From positions 1 through 64,000 of the IMG/VR virus record IMGVR_UViG_3300034198_023063: a stretch of DNA of 64,000 nucleotides; one strand, 5' to 3'. Below the pieces are notes generated by a model. It was given only the letters and a program-made list of their open reading frames with translations, was not told where the DNA came from and made no database searches. The translations under genes and the position numbers were made by a program. This DNA comes from a virus. Shown here piece by piece: positions 17,420-29,700 of the stretch; position 1 is the stretch's first letter, and each line of letters starts with the position of its first letter.

Positions 17420-20400
17420 ATGATAAGAATAACAAATGCTCAAAAAGTAGCACCTAAACAGCCAACAACGCACACTCAGCATAATTCTTTAGCTGAAGCG
17501 TTTAATACTAGAATATTGTCTGGATTGGGGGACTGCGCTTGGAGAATTTTTTATTATGCTTATTCTACATTTAGAGGATTAAGAAATCCAGATGGAGACT
17601 CTTATCCAGCTCAAGATGAGTGGTTTAAATTTTACGCACACATAGAACCTAAGATAATGTGGGGAAAATTTGGATGGCCAGAAGTTCCCGCTGGAGAAGC
17701 TCAAGGACCAAACGTCGCTAACCCATTCATGGCTTGGATATTTGGAAATAACTCTAGAACAAAAAAGGCTAATGGAGAAAGCGATGATACTAAAGATAGA
17801 ATTCATGGGTACTGGTCTGAACCAATAAGGTTAAGCGGTTTGGAGGCTCAATTGCCGATGCAAATGCCAACTAAAACTAGTGGTGATCCAAATTTACATA
17901 GAGTCTGGAGCGATTCAGAAATACAAAGAGGATGTTGCGCTTTTTATCCGAATTATTTATATTTACCAAGAAATGCTTTACAGCCATCAACAAAGGAGCT
18001 GCAATTAGTATCTTTAGGTATATGCTCCGCAGCTAGAAGACATTTGCGATATGTGATGGAAACAGTGTCAATGGGAAGATATGCCTCAAGTTATGTTCCA
18101 GATACAGATGGAAAAGGGGGAATATTTAGAAAAAAGAATGCTGTTAAAGACCAAATCGAGCAGGCAATGTTTTATTATTTATCTTTTTTTAGAGGGACCG
18201 AGGATCAGAGGTCAAAGCATGACAAAGTAAGAAAAAATGTAAGAACAGAAGGATTTAATTTTGAATCTTTTTTTGCTAGACAATTTTTATTAGCTCCGAA
18301 TTATTCTAGACCAAAATATGAATTAGATCAATCAGGAAAAGTAAAAAAGGATACATTAGGAAATAATTTAATAAAATATGATAGCATAGGCTATCCTGAG
18401 CTTTTTCCTGAAAATAAAAGTTTTATTTGGAGCGTCCCTTTGAGTACAACAGCGTCTTCAAATGTAATACCTATTTCGACAGATTACTATAATAAAGCAA
18501 TAGATGAAAAATCAATTAACGATGGCTATTTTTTTAAAGATATAAATAATTCGATTACTTTTGATACTGACCCTCAAGATCCGGGATTTAGTAACGAAAG
18601 GACAGGAAGAAATAGATTTTGTTTATCGGCGATATTTATACAAACATCTGATATAGCATCAAGCACAGTAAATGAAGCTGGTCAGTTATTAAACGGATTA
18701 TGCATAGACGTATATTTATATGGAAAATTATACGACACAATTCCTCTCAACAATAATGAAGATAAGTATATTGTGTCAAGGAGGACCGGAGCAGTTAATA
18801 ATTCAATAACAGAGCAACAAAATAAATATCAAATTTATCAATTTAATAGAATTCATTATTTTCAATATCCCGTCAAAGGTTTAGTTTCTTTTAGAGTAAG
18901 AAGCTCTAATGGTTCAATAAATTTTGGCAAAAAAATAGATGATAAAGATAGTTCAAATAATGTTTATTCTTTAAATAATTTTAGTATATTTATAAATACA
19001 GCTCACGTTTTCGATATGAAGCCTACAGTGGCTGATGCTTATGTAATGATGCGGGTGGCTACTACAGAAGGCGCGGGAACAGACGCTGGACAAATGGATC
19101 CAGTTGGGCATTTCAATGGAGAAACTTGCAAAAGCGTTTTTCAAAATTATATAAAATATGGAGTAGCTTATACTTTAAATAAAGGTAAAACTTTATATCA
19201 AAATGATTCTTATGTAAGCGCAAATCCAGTTTATGAATCTGCTAGAAAATTTATAACTAGCAATATTAGAATGGCTGATAGAATTTCTTTAGTAGACTAC
19301 GAGGTGGATTCGCAAGGTAGATCTGTTTTATATTTTAGTCGTTATGCTTATGGAATGAAAAATAGCGGAGTAGATATTTTTAGAGGAATAGCGCCATCAA
19401 TAACTCCAGTTGGAAATAGAACAATTTTAGGTTCTAATACTGAAACATTTATTCCAATTGTCAAGGGAAAAGAATATATTGTATTGGATTTATCAGAGGC
19501 AAAAGATGGTTATATATATTATAGAAATAATGACTCTAGCGTTTCAAAATTAACTCACGGTAAAAAATTTAAAGGTGGAGACTATTATTTTGCTTCGGGT
19601 TTTTCAAATACTACTATAGGTATTTACGAATTAGATGGAATAGTAGCATCAACTTTAATAAATGAATCCCCCAAAGCAAGTATAAAAATCAAAGTTGGAT
19701 CAGAAGATTTTAATCAAATATCAAATGGTAATATTTCAAATGAGTGGTGCATGTTTATGTCTTATAATTTGTACCATTGGTCTAATAGTTCGGCTTGGAA
19801 ACCAGAAATATATGGCGATATCATGGGGGCTTTTAATGGCAGGTGCTTAACTTCAAGCGTTTCTTTGGAATATTATAGAACAACTTCTAAAAATGTAAAA
19901 AAACATTTGGCAAATGTAACTTGGAGGCCGTACGACATTCCTTTGGTTGTAGAGTCTCCGTCTGGATATAATTATATAGAAAGCGCAAATACAGATTTAT
20001 CTAAAACTGGTGGAGCAGATTATTTTTATGCTCAAAAATTCGCAAAAAGTTGTCAAATATATGTTCCACCTTATCAAATTCAATCGACTTCTAGAATAAA
20101 TCCTTATGACCCAAGATGCGATATAATAAAAGTAGTTTTAAATACTAGACTTTCAGCAAGTAGCATTAATGGCTCAACAGCAGCGATAAAAGGAAAAGTA
20201 AGCGAAAACTTAGATTATTTTACATATAAAGCTAACGCTTTTGAGTTTAGATCAGATGAATCTGCTGCCATAGATTATGTTTTGCATTATTTGACGGGTA
20301 GATCTTGCCCAAGGTCAGTGATTGGAGATGTATCATTAGATAATAACTTTTTTTGGTCAAAGCAGAGACCGTTTGGGTGCTGTTATCCAAGATTTTATTT

Positions 20401-20692
20401 TGTAAAATTAATTCCAAAAGTATCTGCTGGAACAGTAATGTATTCAGATCATTATACGCAAATGGAATATTATCTAAGAGCTATGTGTAATGGTTTTATA
20501 AATAGAGATACTGAAATGGCCCCAAATGAAATACAAAAAATAATATCAGAAAGAAATACAGGAATTGATGTCGTGGGAGGGTATGATTCTGCTGTTGGAG
20601 ATTATTTATTTGAAGACTTAATGCGAAAATCTTATGATATTTCGACGAATAATTATGCACCAATGCCTACAAACATGACCAGCACAGCATAA
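17420..20692 (+). CDS. Large virion structural protein (1090 aa)
   Basis: Long ORF in the structural operon. N-terminal HNSLAEAFNTRI anchor-like helix; shares an IxxGxEYxV...GxxFxG module with the 3265-aa protein. Confidence 0.6.
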   Translation: MIRITNAQKVAPKQPTTHTQHNSLAEAFNTRILSGLGDCAWRIFYYAYSTFRGLRNPDGDSYPAQDEWFKFYAHIEPKIMWGKFGWPEVPAGEAQGPNVANPFMAWIFGNNSRTKKANGESDDTKDRIHGYWSEPIRLSGLEAQLPMQMPTKTSGDPNLHRVWSDSEIQRGCCAFYPNYLYLPRNALQPSTKELQLVSLGICSAARRHLRYVMETVSMGRYASSYVPDTDGKGGIFRKKNAVKDQIEQAMFYYLSFFRGTEDQRSKHDKVRKNVRTEGFNFESFFARQFLLAPNYSRPKYELDQSGKVKKDTLGNNLIKYDSIGYPELFPENKSFIWSVPLSTTASSNVIPISTDYYNKAIDEKSINDGYFFKDINNSITFDTDPQDPGFSNERTGRNRFCLSAIFIQTSDIASSTVNEAGQLLNGLCIDVYLYGKLYDTIPLNNNEDKYIVSRRTGAVNNSITEQQNKYQIYQFNRIHYFQYPVKGLVSFRVRSSNGSINFGKKIDDKDSSNNVYSLNNFSIFINTAHVFDMKPTVADAYVMMRVATTEGAGTDAGQMDPVGHFNGETCKSVFQNYIKYGVAYTLNKGKTLYQNDSYVSANPVYESARKFITSNIRMADRISLVDYEVDSQGRSVLYFSRYAYGMKNSGVDIFRGIAPSITPVGNRTILGSNTETFIPIVKGKEYIVLDLSEAKDGYIYYRNNDSSVSKLTHGKKFKGGDYYFASGFSNTTIGIYELDGIVASTLINESPKASIKIKVGSEDFNQISNGNISNEWCMFMSYNLYHWSNSSAWKPEIYGDIMGAFNGRCLTSSVSLEYYRTTSKNVKKHLANVTWRPYDIPLVVESPSGYNYIESANTDLSKTGGADYFYAQKFAKSCQIYVPPYQIQSTSRINPYDPRCDIIKVVLNTRLSASSINGSTAAIKGKVSENLDYFTYKANAFEFRSDESAAIDYVLHYLTGRSCPRSVIGDVSLDNNFFWSKQRPFGCCYPRFYFVKLIPKVSAGTVMYSDHYTQMEYYLRAMCNGFINRDTEMAPNEIQKIISERNTGIDVVGGYDSAVGDYLFEDLMRKSYDISTNNYAPMPTNMTSTA

Positions 20693-20704
20693 CCATAATA
20701 ATAT

Positions 20705-23700
20705 ATGAGCGCATTAAATGATAATAAGGCTTTTTTAAGTGGGGTATTAACTGGAGAATCATTAAATTTTGATACTTCAGTTTTTGGTCTTTGGGTTTCT
20801 ATATTTCAAAATGTTAATTATAGTGAAAATGGTTACTCTTACTTTCAGCCGTTAGCGACAGACATTACCGCTATAGATTTTCCTATTACTGGTAAAAGAT
20901 TTTCTTTATTTAATTTTGATGGAAAGTATTCTGATGCAAGATTTATAATATCCTCAGGTAAAAAGGGAGATGCTGAATATGATACTACTGTTCCTATAGC
21001 GGATATTTCAAATTCTTTTGTATCAGGTTTTAAGCCATTAATTATAATGCCAAATGTTGATTTCACGGGCAGCATTTATAGAAGAACTGAAATCACTGGA
21101 TATAGAAATTCTGTAATTGGAAATTATCAAACCCTTGGTCTTTCTGGGGAAGATTGGCAAAAAACATCTATACCAGTAAATGTTAGCGATGACGTTAAAG
21201 AATACGCTTATTTTGATACTGGATACTCTGGTTACTCAAACGAAGTCGCTACAAGATATAAATTTTTATATGATGATCCGTCACACTCGCAAAGACAAAA
21301 CGTATCGATATTTGAAATACCAATTCAATATGAAGCTGGATCAAATTTTAAATATAAAATATCTAGAAAAAGCGATCCATTTGGAGAATTTTATACCCCA
21401 GAAATAACTACTGATGGCAAAATAATTATTGATTACTCTCAATATAAAGATGAAGTAAATAAGCCAGTGGAAGCTGGATTAAATTATAAATTTACTACAG
21501 TTTCTAAATTTTCTTTCCCACAAGGCGTTTTTGAAGATTTAGACGATAATCAAGTTGTCACTAGGCCGATTAATGATTCTTCTATAACTGGACTGAAATT
21601 AACCAGAAGAAAGGAAGGGGATGATACTTATTATGATTTTTATTTGTCATCAACTGGCGTTAATAATACTGGAGCTACTTATGATGGTATTTATAGAATA
21701 ACATTTAATGTAGATAGATATAACACAACAAATAAAACAGGAATAGTTGGTTATGTGATGACCGGCATCAAAACTGGAGACGTATCAACAAATGTTTTAG
21801 TTAATTTAGGAATAAATTCTGGAGTCTACCCTAGGGTCATAGATACTCAAAGATATCAAACTTCAGACATATTAAATTTAGCAAATTTAGAAGAGCTTAT
21901 TGTTAATGAGGAGTCGGCGCAGGCTTTAGCTTCTGATACTGATTTTGAAAACGAAACTAATTTAGCAAAAAATTTACAAGATAATATAAAGAAAAATGTA
22001 GATTTTTTAAACGAATTGCTAAAAGATGAGCCACAAAACCCAACGCAAAATACAACATCAGATCAAGTTTTAAGAGGCCAAATTGATTCTCTTGAAAATT
22101 CTAATTTAGATTCTGCAAATCAAAATCAAATTATAGAAAAAATTGCTCTTCCAAAATTTACGTTACCAAAACAAAATGTAGATAAAAATTATTATAATAA
22201 TTATATAAATTCTGGAGAAGAGTATGTCGCGGTTCCTTTGGCTAATTACACTCTTCAGCCAAGTTATGTTTTTTATGGAGATCAATATGGACAACTAGGA
22301 TACTATATAGAAGAAACTGAATATTCAACATATAGAATAGTTGTTAATTCCACCAGCAATGGAGTTTACGTTTCAAATACTTCGGTTTGCAAAGGAGACA
22401 CTGCTATATATGCAAATATGCCATACTCAGAAGATGTATATTTTGAAAATGGTATTTGCACAAGAATTCCAGAAGATGGAATAATAGATAAAAATAATTA
22501 CGCAACACAAGATAGCTGGAAGAATGCTGTTAATTATTTTTACACAAAAAATTATTTATCTTCAGTAGATGTTTTTCCTACTAGTTCAGATCAAGATGCA
22601 AATTTATCTATATCAAACGCAATATCTAAAGCTTTGCAGCAAATAGGTTCTTGCACGGGAGATTTTCTAACAGAAAACTCAAATGCAAAACCAATATTAT
22701 ATTTGGAAAGAGAAGTTTACGTTGAGCCATACGATAAAGATCAAATAACTCTGCTAAACAATACTTTAAATTCGGGGTCTTTCGTATCTCCAAGTGGAGA
22801 ATTAGTGAGGCAACAAGAAGAAAAGCTTTATTGCGTACAAATTTTTGATACGTCATTTGCTAAAGATAATAGTTCATTTTTCAAGGCAGCTAATGATTAT
22901 GAAGAAAGTTTAACTTTTAAATCCTTTGCTCCTTATAAAGATTCTGCTGGAAAAGATATCGTGAGTTATGGTGTCGGAGAAAATTTTGGTACAGTATATT
23001 ATAATGATCAAAATAAAGATGAGCAAGATATTTATAGATTAGAGTATGTAACTGGACAAGCCTTCTCTTATAATAAAACTTCTAATTTTAGAGCTTGGAA
23101 TGGATTAGGAAGTCAAACAATATCAATATCAAATCAAAACGATAAGAATTATGGCTACCACTTGTATGGATATGAAAACGCAGATGATGTTTTAACTTTT
23201 GTAAAATCTAACATTTTAAATGGGGTAGATGTTTCACCAACATCTTTTACAAACTATGTTGTATTAAAATTTAATAAACAAGGATTTACCGATAGCAGTT
23301 ATATTTTTAATGACTCTAATGGAACTAATTATACAGCAATAAATACTTCAGTGGTTGATTCTTCTGGAGCTTTGTTATCATCAAGTTATGTGTTTTTTAA
23401 TATACAAAAATATTCATACTTGGCAAGAGCGGTAACAGAAAATAATGTTTGGTATACCAACAAGTTGATTCCAATAAATGATGATTCATATGGCGCTGAA
23501 GATCAGTTTGGATTATTTGCTCCTAGATTTTTTGAAGACGCAACACAGGAAGCAAAGTCTGCGGCAGAACAACTTTTTGTGTTTCCAAATGGGCCTTCGA
23601 CTTCCAAAAATTACGAAGGATCTCCGTTAGTTTACGATCATCTTCCTAGCATACCTCAAGGAGTATTAAATAATAAATTAGTCATAACAGAAGAAAGAAA

Positions 23701-26700
23701 AAATTATAATATAATAAATAATGATTTCATATTAAATTTTGTTTTGGAGGGAAGGCTTACAAAAGAACTGGGCCTTAATAATGTTAAAAATTATAAAGAT
23801 TCTAGAAGACTTAAAATAACAAGAGTAAGATACAATGTATATTCTAAAAATTTATTGATTGTTGGTGACGCTGGTTTTCCATATGCATTAGCATTAAATA
23901 CAGGTTGGGAATACAAACTTCAATACAGGAAAAAAGGAGTAGGTTCAGCTTGGAAAGAGATGGATTCTACCTCATCTTTTACAAATAGTAAAATTGCAAA
24001 TGTAAGTTCATTTCTGAATCCATATTTTTATAAATTTGAAGATTTGATAACGCCGAACTATCTTCCAACTGTTGGGTTTTTGACTAATTTACCAAATTTC
24101 TTAGATGATAGCCAATATCAATTTAGAATTTTTAAATACGAAAAATTTGATTCTGGTTCAGATTCGGTTGATATAATAAGAAAAACAAACTTTTTGCCAA
24201 TACAAGTAAATTGGGCGAATGATAACAAATCTTCTTATTTTAATATTTACCAATTAGATAGCGGCAATAATTTAAAACTAATAAAAACAGAAAACCAAAA
24301 AAGTTCTTCTACGTTTGCTATTCCAAGCGTTAAACAGCAATATTTTGATTTGGGATTGGCTAATTTTTCCAAAAATGGATCAGGATATTATGATATAATA
24401 GTTTCTGGCGCTTTGCCATCTACTCAAGTTAATACTGGATTAGCGGGTTCTGTATTTATAGGAAATCCAACTATAGGAAATTCCACCGCAGATCCAAGTG
24501 ATCAAAATGATCCATCTGGACCAATAATAATAGATGTAATTAATCAAACATCTAATACAAGCGGTTATAATTCAATAACTGGAGTGACATATGCTCCTCT
24601 TATAAATTTTAATAATCCAGAATCTAAAAATGCAGATTTTAGTATTAACGCAAATTATAGTGGTTATTATTTTATATCCGATGGTAAAAATGCTACCTTA
24701 GATAACTCTTTAGTTAATGGTTTTGAGTGCTATGTTGCAAATACTGGATCATCAACCAATATTTATTCTAATGGCTCAGCTTATTCTTTAAATAATAATA
24801 AGGTAGCAAAAGTGATTTTGCCTTCAGTAACAACTACGGACTCAATCCGAGCTTTACCATCAGCGCAAGTAAGCGTTGATTATACTAATAATTATGTTTA
24901 TATAAAAGAAAATTTTAATTATAACACAGGAGATTTTGAAGCTAGCGCTGGGACAAAAAGTTCAATTTCTACAATTATAAATGGATCAAGTTCTTCTGTC
25001 ACATTAACTTATGGGACTGGAACGATATCAATTCCAGCTAATACGAGTTATAAACTGCAATTCGATAATGGTTGGGATGGGTCTGCATTCGCCTCTCAGA
25101 TTCTTCAATTAAATTCTTATAAAAATGTAGATACTCAAGCTTCTTATATAAATTCTTCTGGTGGTTTAGTTAATTTAAATTATGATTCTTTAATATTAAA
25201 TACCCAAGACTATATTGATTTACCAATTTATAATTTTGCAAAAAATAAACTATCTGTAAATGGATTAATAAATTTAAATGCAGATTCATTTTATCTTTTG
25301 AGTGGAAATCCGGCTGGAACAATAACGGCGACTGAAAAAGATTATTTTGATTCTATAAAAATATACTTAGATGGAAGCGAGGGGGAAAATAATATTTTTG
25401 TATTAAAAGATGATACTGATATAGATGTGTCTTATTTCCAGTTTGGCAATCGAAAAGAGTATTATTTTATAAAAGACAACAATATACAAAGATCTTTAAA
25501 TATAAAAATCAAAAATGGAACCTCGGAGAAATTAATTCCAAAAGGATCACCAGATTTTAAATTAACTGTTAAAAAAGATACGTTTTCTAATATAACTTAT
25601 GAGATTTTATTTCCATCTTCAGATTTTACTACATTAATCGGAGACGAACTTGAGCAATTAATAGTAATAAAATCTCAAAATAGTCATATTATTGATTTGG
25701 GATATATAGAGGGCTCGCTAAAATCTAATGCTTTTGTTTATTTTGTTAACTCTTCAAATACAAACGTAGATTTTCAAAGAGATTTCAAGAGCGTCATGAC
25801 TTTATCAAATGGCGAAATCGCTAAAGTAACTCTAGAAAAATACAATCTAACAGCAAGAATTACAAAAATAAATGAAGCAAGAAATCATTTTGAATTTAAA
25901 ATAGATCCGCAAATTCATTTAACAGAACCTTCTGGGGTCAATATTTTGAATTTAAATTTTTGTGGCGCTGATGTTGTTCTGCCGCCTCCTTCTGATTTTT
26001 CAGCTAAAGAAACTTTTATAATTTCTAAAAATAGATTAGCAGCAAATAAAATAGATTACAAAAAAATAGAAAACACTCCCAGCACAGCCATATCTTCTGA
26101 AGGAAAATTCTCACAAAATAGCATTGTATGTAAAATTTATAAAAATTCATCTTCTAGTACATACCCTGCCGTAGATCAGTCAGAAATATCTGCTGGCTAT
26201 TATTCCCCTTTCAGAGAAAGAAATACTCCAAAAGATGATGTTTATGAAGTTTTCTATATTAAAGATGCTGATTTAAAGTCTTTTTCTATAAAAGATTATT
26301 TCGAAAGATCAGCATATTATTATGGGAAAGTTTTGTTGGAGTCTGAAAAGGAGTTTTCTATTTATTCTTATGATGAAAATAATAGCAATACACAAAATGT
26401 AGAAAAAAAGGGGGTTAGTTTTGATTTTGATTTCGATTTGGGTGAAGTCATAGATGGCGCACTAACTACAAAGCTGGTTGAAAACGATTACCAAATAATT
26501 AATTCTAATAGCGAAGACGACGGTGTTCAGACTTTAGATAATTTTTCAGTTGGTCAATATTGCATAAATTTCGCTTATGATAGCGTAGCTCTTACTGGTC
26601 AGAGCGTATCTTTGATTAAAAATAGAGGAGCTTTTATAAACGAAAATCAAGGGTTGAGGGTTTTCCCAATTTATAATGAAGATGAGTTTTTTATTGCAGA

Positions 26701-29700
26701 AAATATAAATCAAGAACTTAGATCTTCTTACACAAATTATAGAAAAGAAGATGGCGTTAAGTTGTATACTTCATTTTTTTATCAACTTAATAATTCCACG
26801 GATATTGAATCAGTATTTCTTCCGTATTCTACTGATAAAAAATATATTATAGAAAATTTATCTTCTAGGGCTTTTGATATAAAAACTCTGGATTCAAATT
26901 CTTTGGTCACAACAATAAAACCAAACGAAAAAAAGACATTCTCTTACTCGTCTACATCTTGGATTAGTTCAAACTACATTGATAGCGTAGATGGATATTT
27001 GCCCACTGATAGTAGTCCTTCTGTAATTAAATCTGAAAATCAAAATAATGAAAAAGATTCTGCGCACCCATTTATTAGTTTATTTGGAACAGCTAATAGT
27101 TTAGATGGTATAAAAGGTAATATTTTTGAGTCATTTTGTTATGATGAGGCTGGTACTTTAAAGTCATCGATAAGTTTACCAAATGGAGAGCAATCTTTAA
27201 CATACAATTTAATAGACTGCGATGAGGCCAAAAATAATACCACAACTAGCGATGGGTCTTCACAGTATATGTTTTGCTATGGAAGAGGAGGAGCAAAAAC
27301 TATATCTGATACAGATTTTGTTTTAAATGATTTTTATCTTTTTATTAAATATGGAACTAGCTACATTAAAAATAAACAAGTAGGCGGAAAGTTTTTAAGT
27401 AGAATTAGTAGCGAGGGTATTGATAATCCAATTTTAACTATAATAAAAAGAAATCATTTTGATTTGTTGAGTTTATTTATTTCTGAAAATGGATATGCCA
27501 CATCATTACCGAGAAATTTAAGGTCTGCTACGCCAATTCCGTTTTATAATGAGTTGCAGACTTATTACTTGCCAAATTTAAATATTACGATACAAAAAAC
27601 AGAAGAAGAAGTAGAAAATCCTTCCCTTGGCTCTTTATGGCTGGGCAAAAAATTTGTTTTTATTAATTTAGTAAAAGTAAACTCTCAAGCCCCAAACAAG
27701 ATATATAATTATACAGATGAAACTTATACTGACTTGATAAATACAAGTGGAGAAAATTCTGTTGCTGTTTTTGAGGTGGTATATGATGGGACAAATTATT
27801 TATGGAAAAAACAAACTTTAAATGTTCCTAAAATTCAAAATGTATACGTTTCTTTAAAAAATGTAAAAGGCCTCGATTCAACTTCTTCTTCCAATGTTAC
27901 AGATGGTAGAGAGATGGTTTATTTGAGTAATTTTAGAACTTTTAATGTTTCAATAGATAGTTTTGCTGATTATAAATTTAACAATTTTTATTTATATAAT
28001 TCCTGCAACTATCCTTTAGAGATTTTGTTTAATGGCTCTAGAAGTAGTTTAGACGCCAACTCTCCATTCGTGAAAGTTAGTTATGATGGATCTTTTATAC
28101 CAAAAGAGATATCATATAATCATACGACTAATTTTGTAGAGACTGAATCTATAGATATAAGAATTACTTCAAATACAGATACCGATACGACCTTAATAGA
28201 GCGAATTGCTTATATTTATCCATCCCCAGTAATAGGGGCTTATGCAAAATTAAATTATAGAACATACTCTACAAGTGCGGGGATAACTACTTATTCTGAT
28301 TTATCATCCGCATTATTCGTATCGTCAAGTAATGGTTGGTCTAAAATAAATTTATCAGATTATTTAAGCGATAATTATTGCGATCTAAATGTTAGTAATT
28401 TAGAAAAATATAGCCCTGATTCAAGATTATTTATTTACGGATCTTCTGTTAGGAATCAGTACTCTCAAAGCTTTGACACATACACTCTTAGAGTGGTCGC
28501 GCCAGAATCAAGATCGACATCGTTTTTTATTTTTAATAATACGGTTAATGATTTAAAAATAAAATTTGTAACATCTAATTTTACTGACTTCGGCGGAATT
28601 GGGCGGTTAACAATTAATTTAGCTAAAAACAGAATCTCTAAAGTTTATAAAAACTCAAATGGCAAACTATCTTTTGAAGTACTAGAAATCCACCAACGGG
28701 GCAGATACTATCTATCTAATAAAAATAAAAACATTAACTATATAAACGGCTCAGAAATAGAACTTTTTATTGATGCTTGTGTGCCTTCCGATTTAGACTC
28801 TCAACCTTTTGAAATATCAAATGATAATATAAATTGTTTTCTTACATTGTTACCAACAAGTTCTGAGTATACTAGGATTTTTTATAATCTTTATCAAGGC
28901 GCAAATGGTAATTTAGTTAAAAATAGAGACACAAAAGGCGATTCGGTCAATAATTTTTCCGTAGTCCCTTTTGATACGTCGCAAAGTCTGGGATGGCTAT
29001 CTTTAAATAATTCACAAGATTACCAAAAAGATTTAATTACTCCATTTTTGGATATATCAGTAGCAGGGCATTATATTTTAACAAACTATAATTATTCTGT
29101 AAAAATAACTCCTAGTGCTTCAGATATCTTTTTAGTAAATAATACATCAAAAAATATTAAAGTTCAGCAGGGAGATTCTGATTATCAATTATATAGAAAT
29201 ACTGTTTTAATTGTAAATTCTACATCAAAAAGATATTTAAAAAAGGGAAAAAGAAAAGACGCCTTTTATTCTGTATTTAATCCTAAGACTTTAGTGAATA
29301 CTCAAAGAGAGATCAGTTTAGTATTGGGAATAGAAAGGCATCAAGAAATTTTGCCGATTTATGACATAGATTTTGTAGATGTCCCATCTTATCTAAAGTT
29401 ATATTCAAGATATGGGCAAACTCAATCTGTTTACTTGAATTTTCAAGATTATTATTTAGGCAAAGATATTCCATCAGATTGCCCAGAAAATATGCTTGCT
29501 TACGAGGTGGGAACTGGGCATGAAACCATATATAAGTTTTTATTCTTTGATCCTTCTACTAATTATTATACTTTACCGGGCATAACAGAAGGTGAAGAGT
29601 ATTTAGTGGATTTTAATGAGGGTTTATTCTTCAATTTATTATTGGGGCAAGGTGGCGACAAGTTTGGTTCAGTTATGTATATGGGTAAAAAATACTATAA

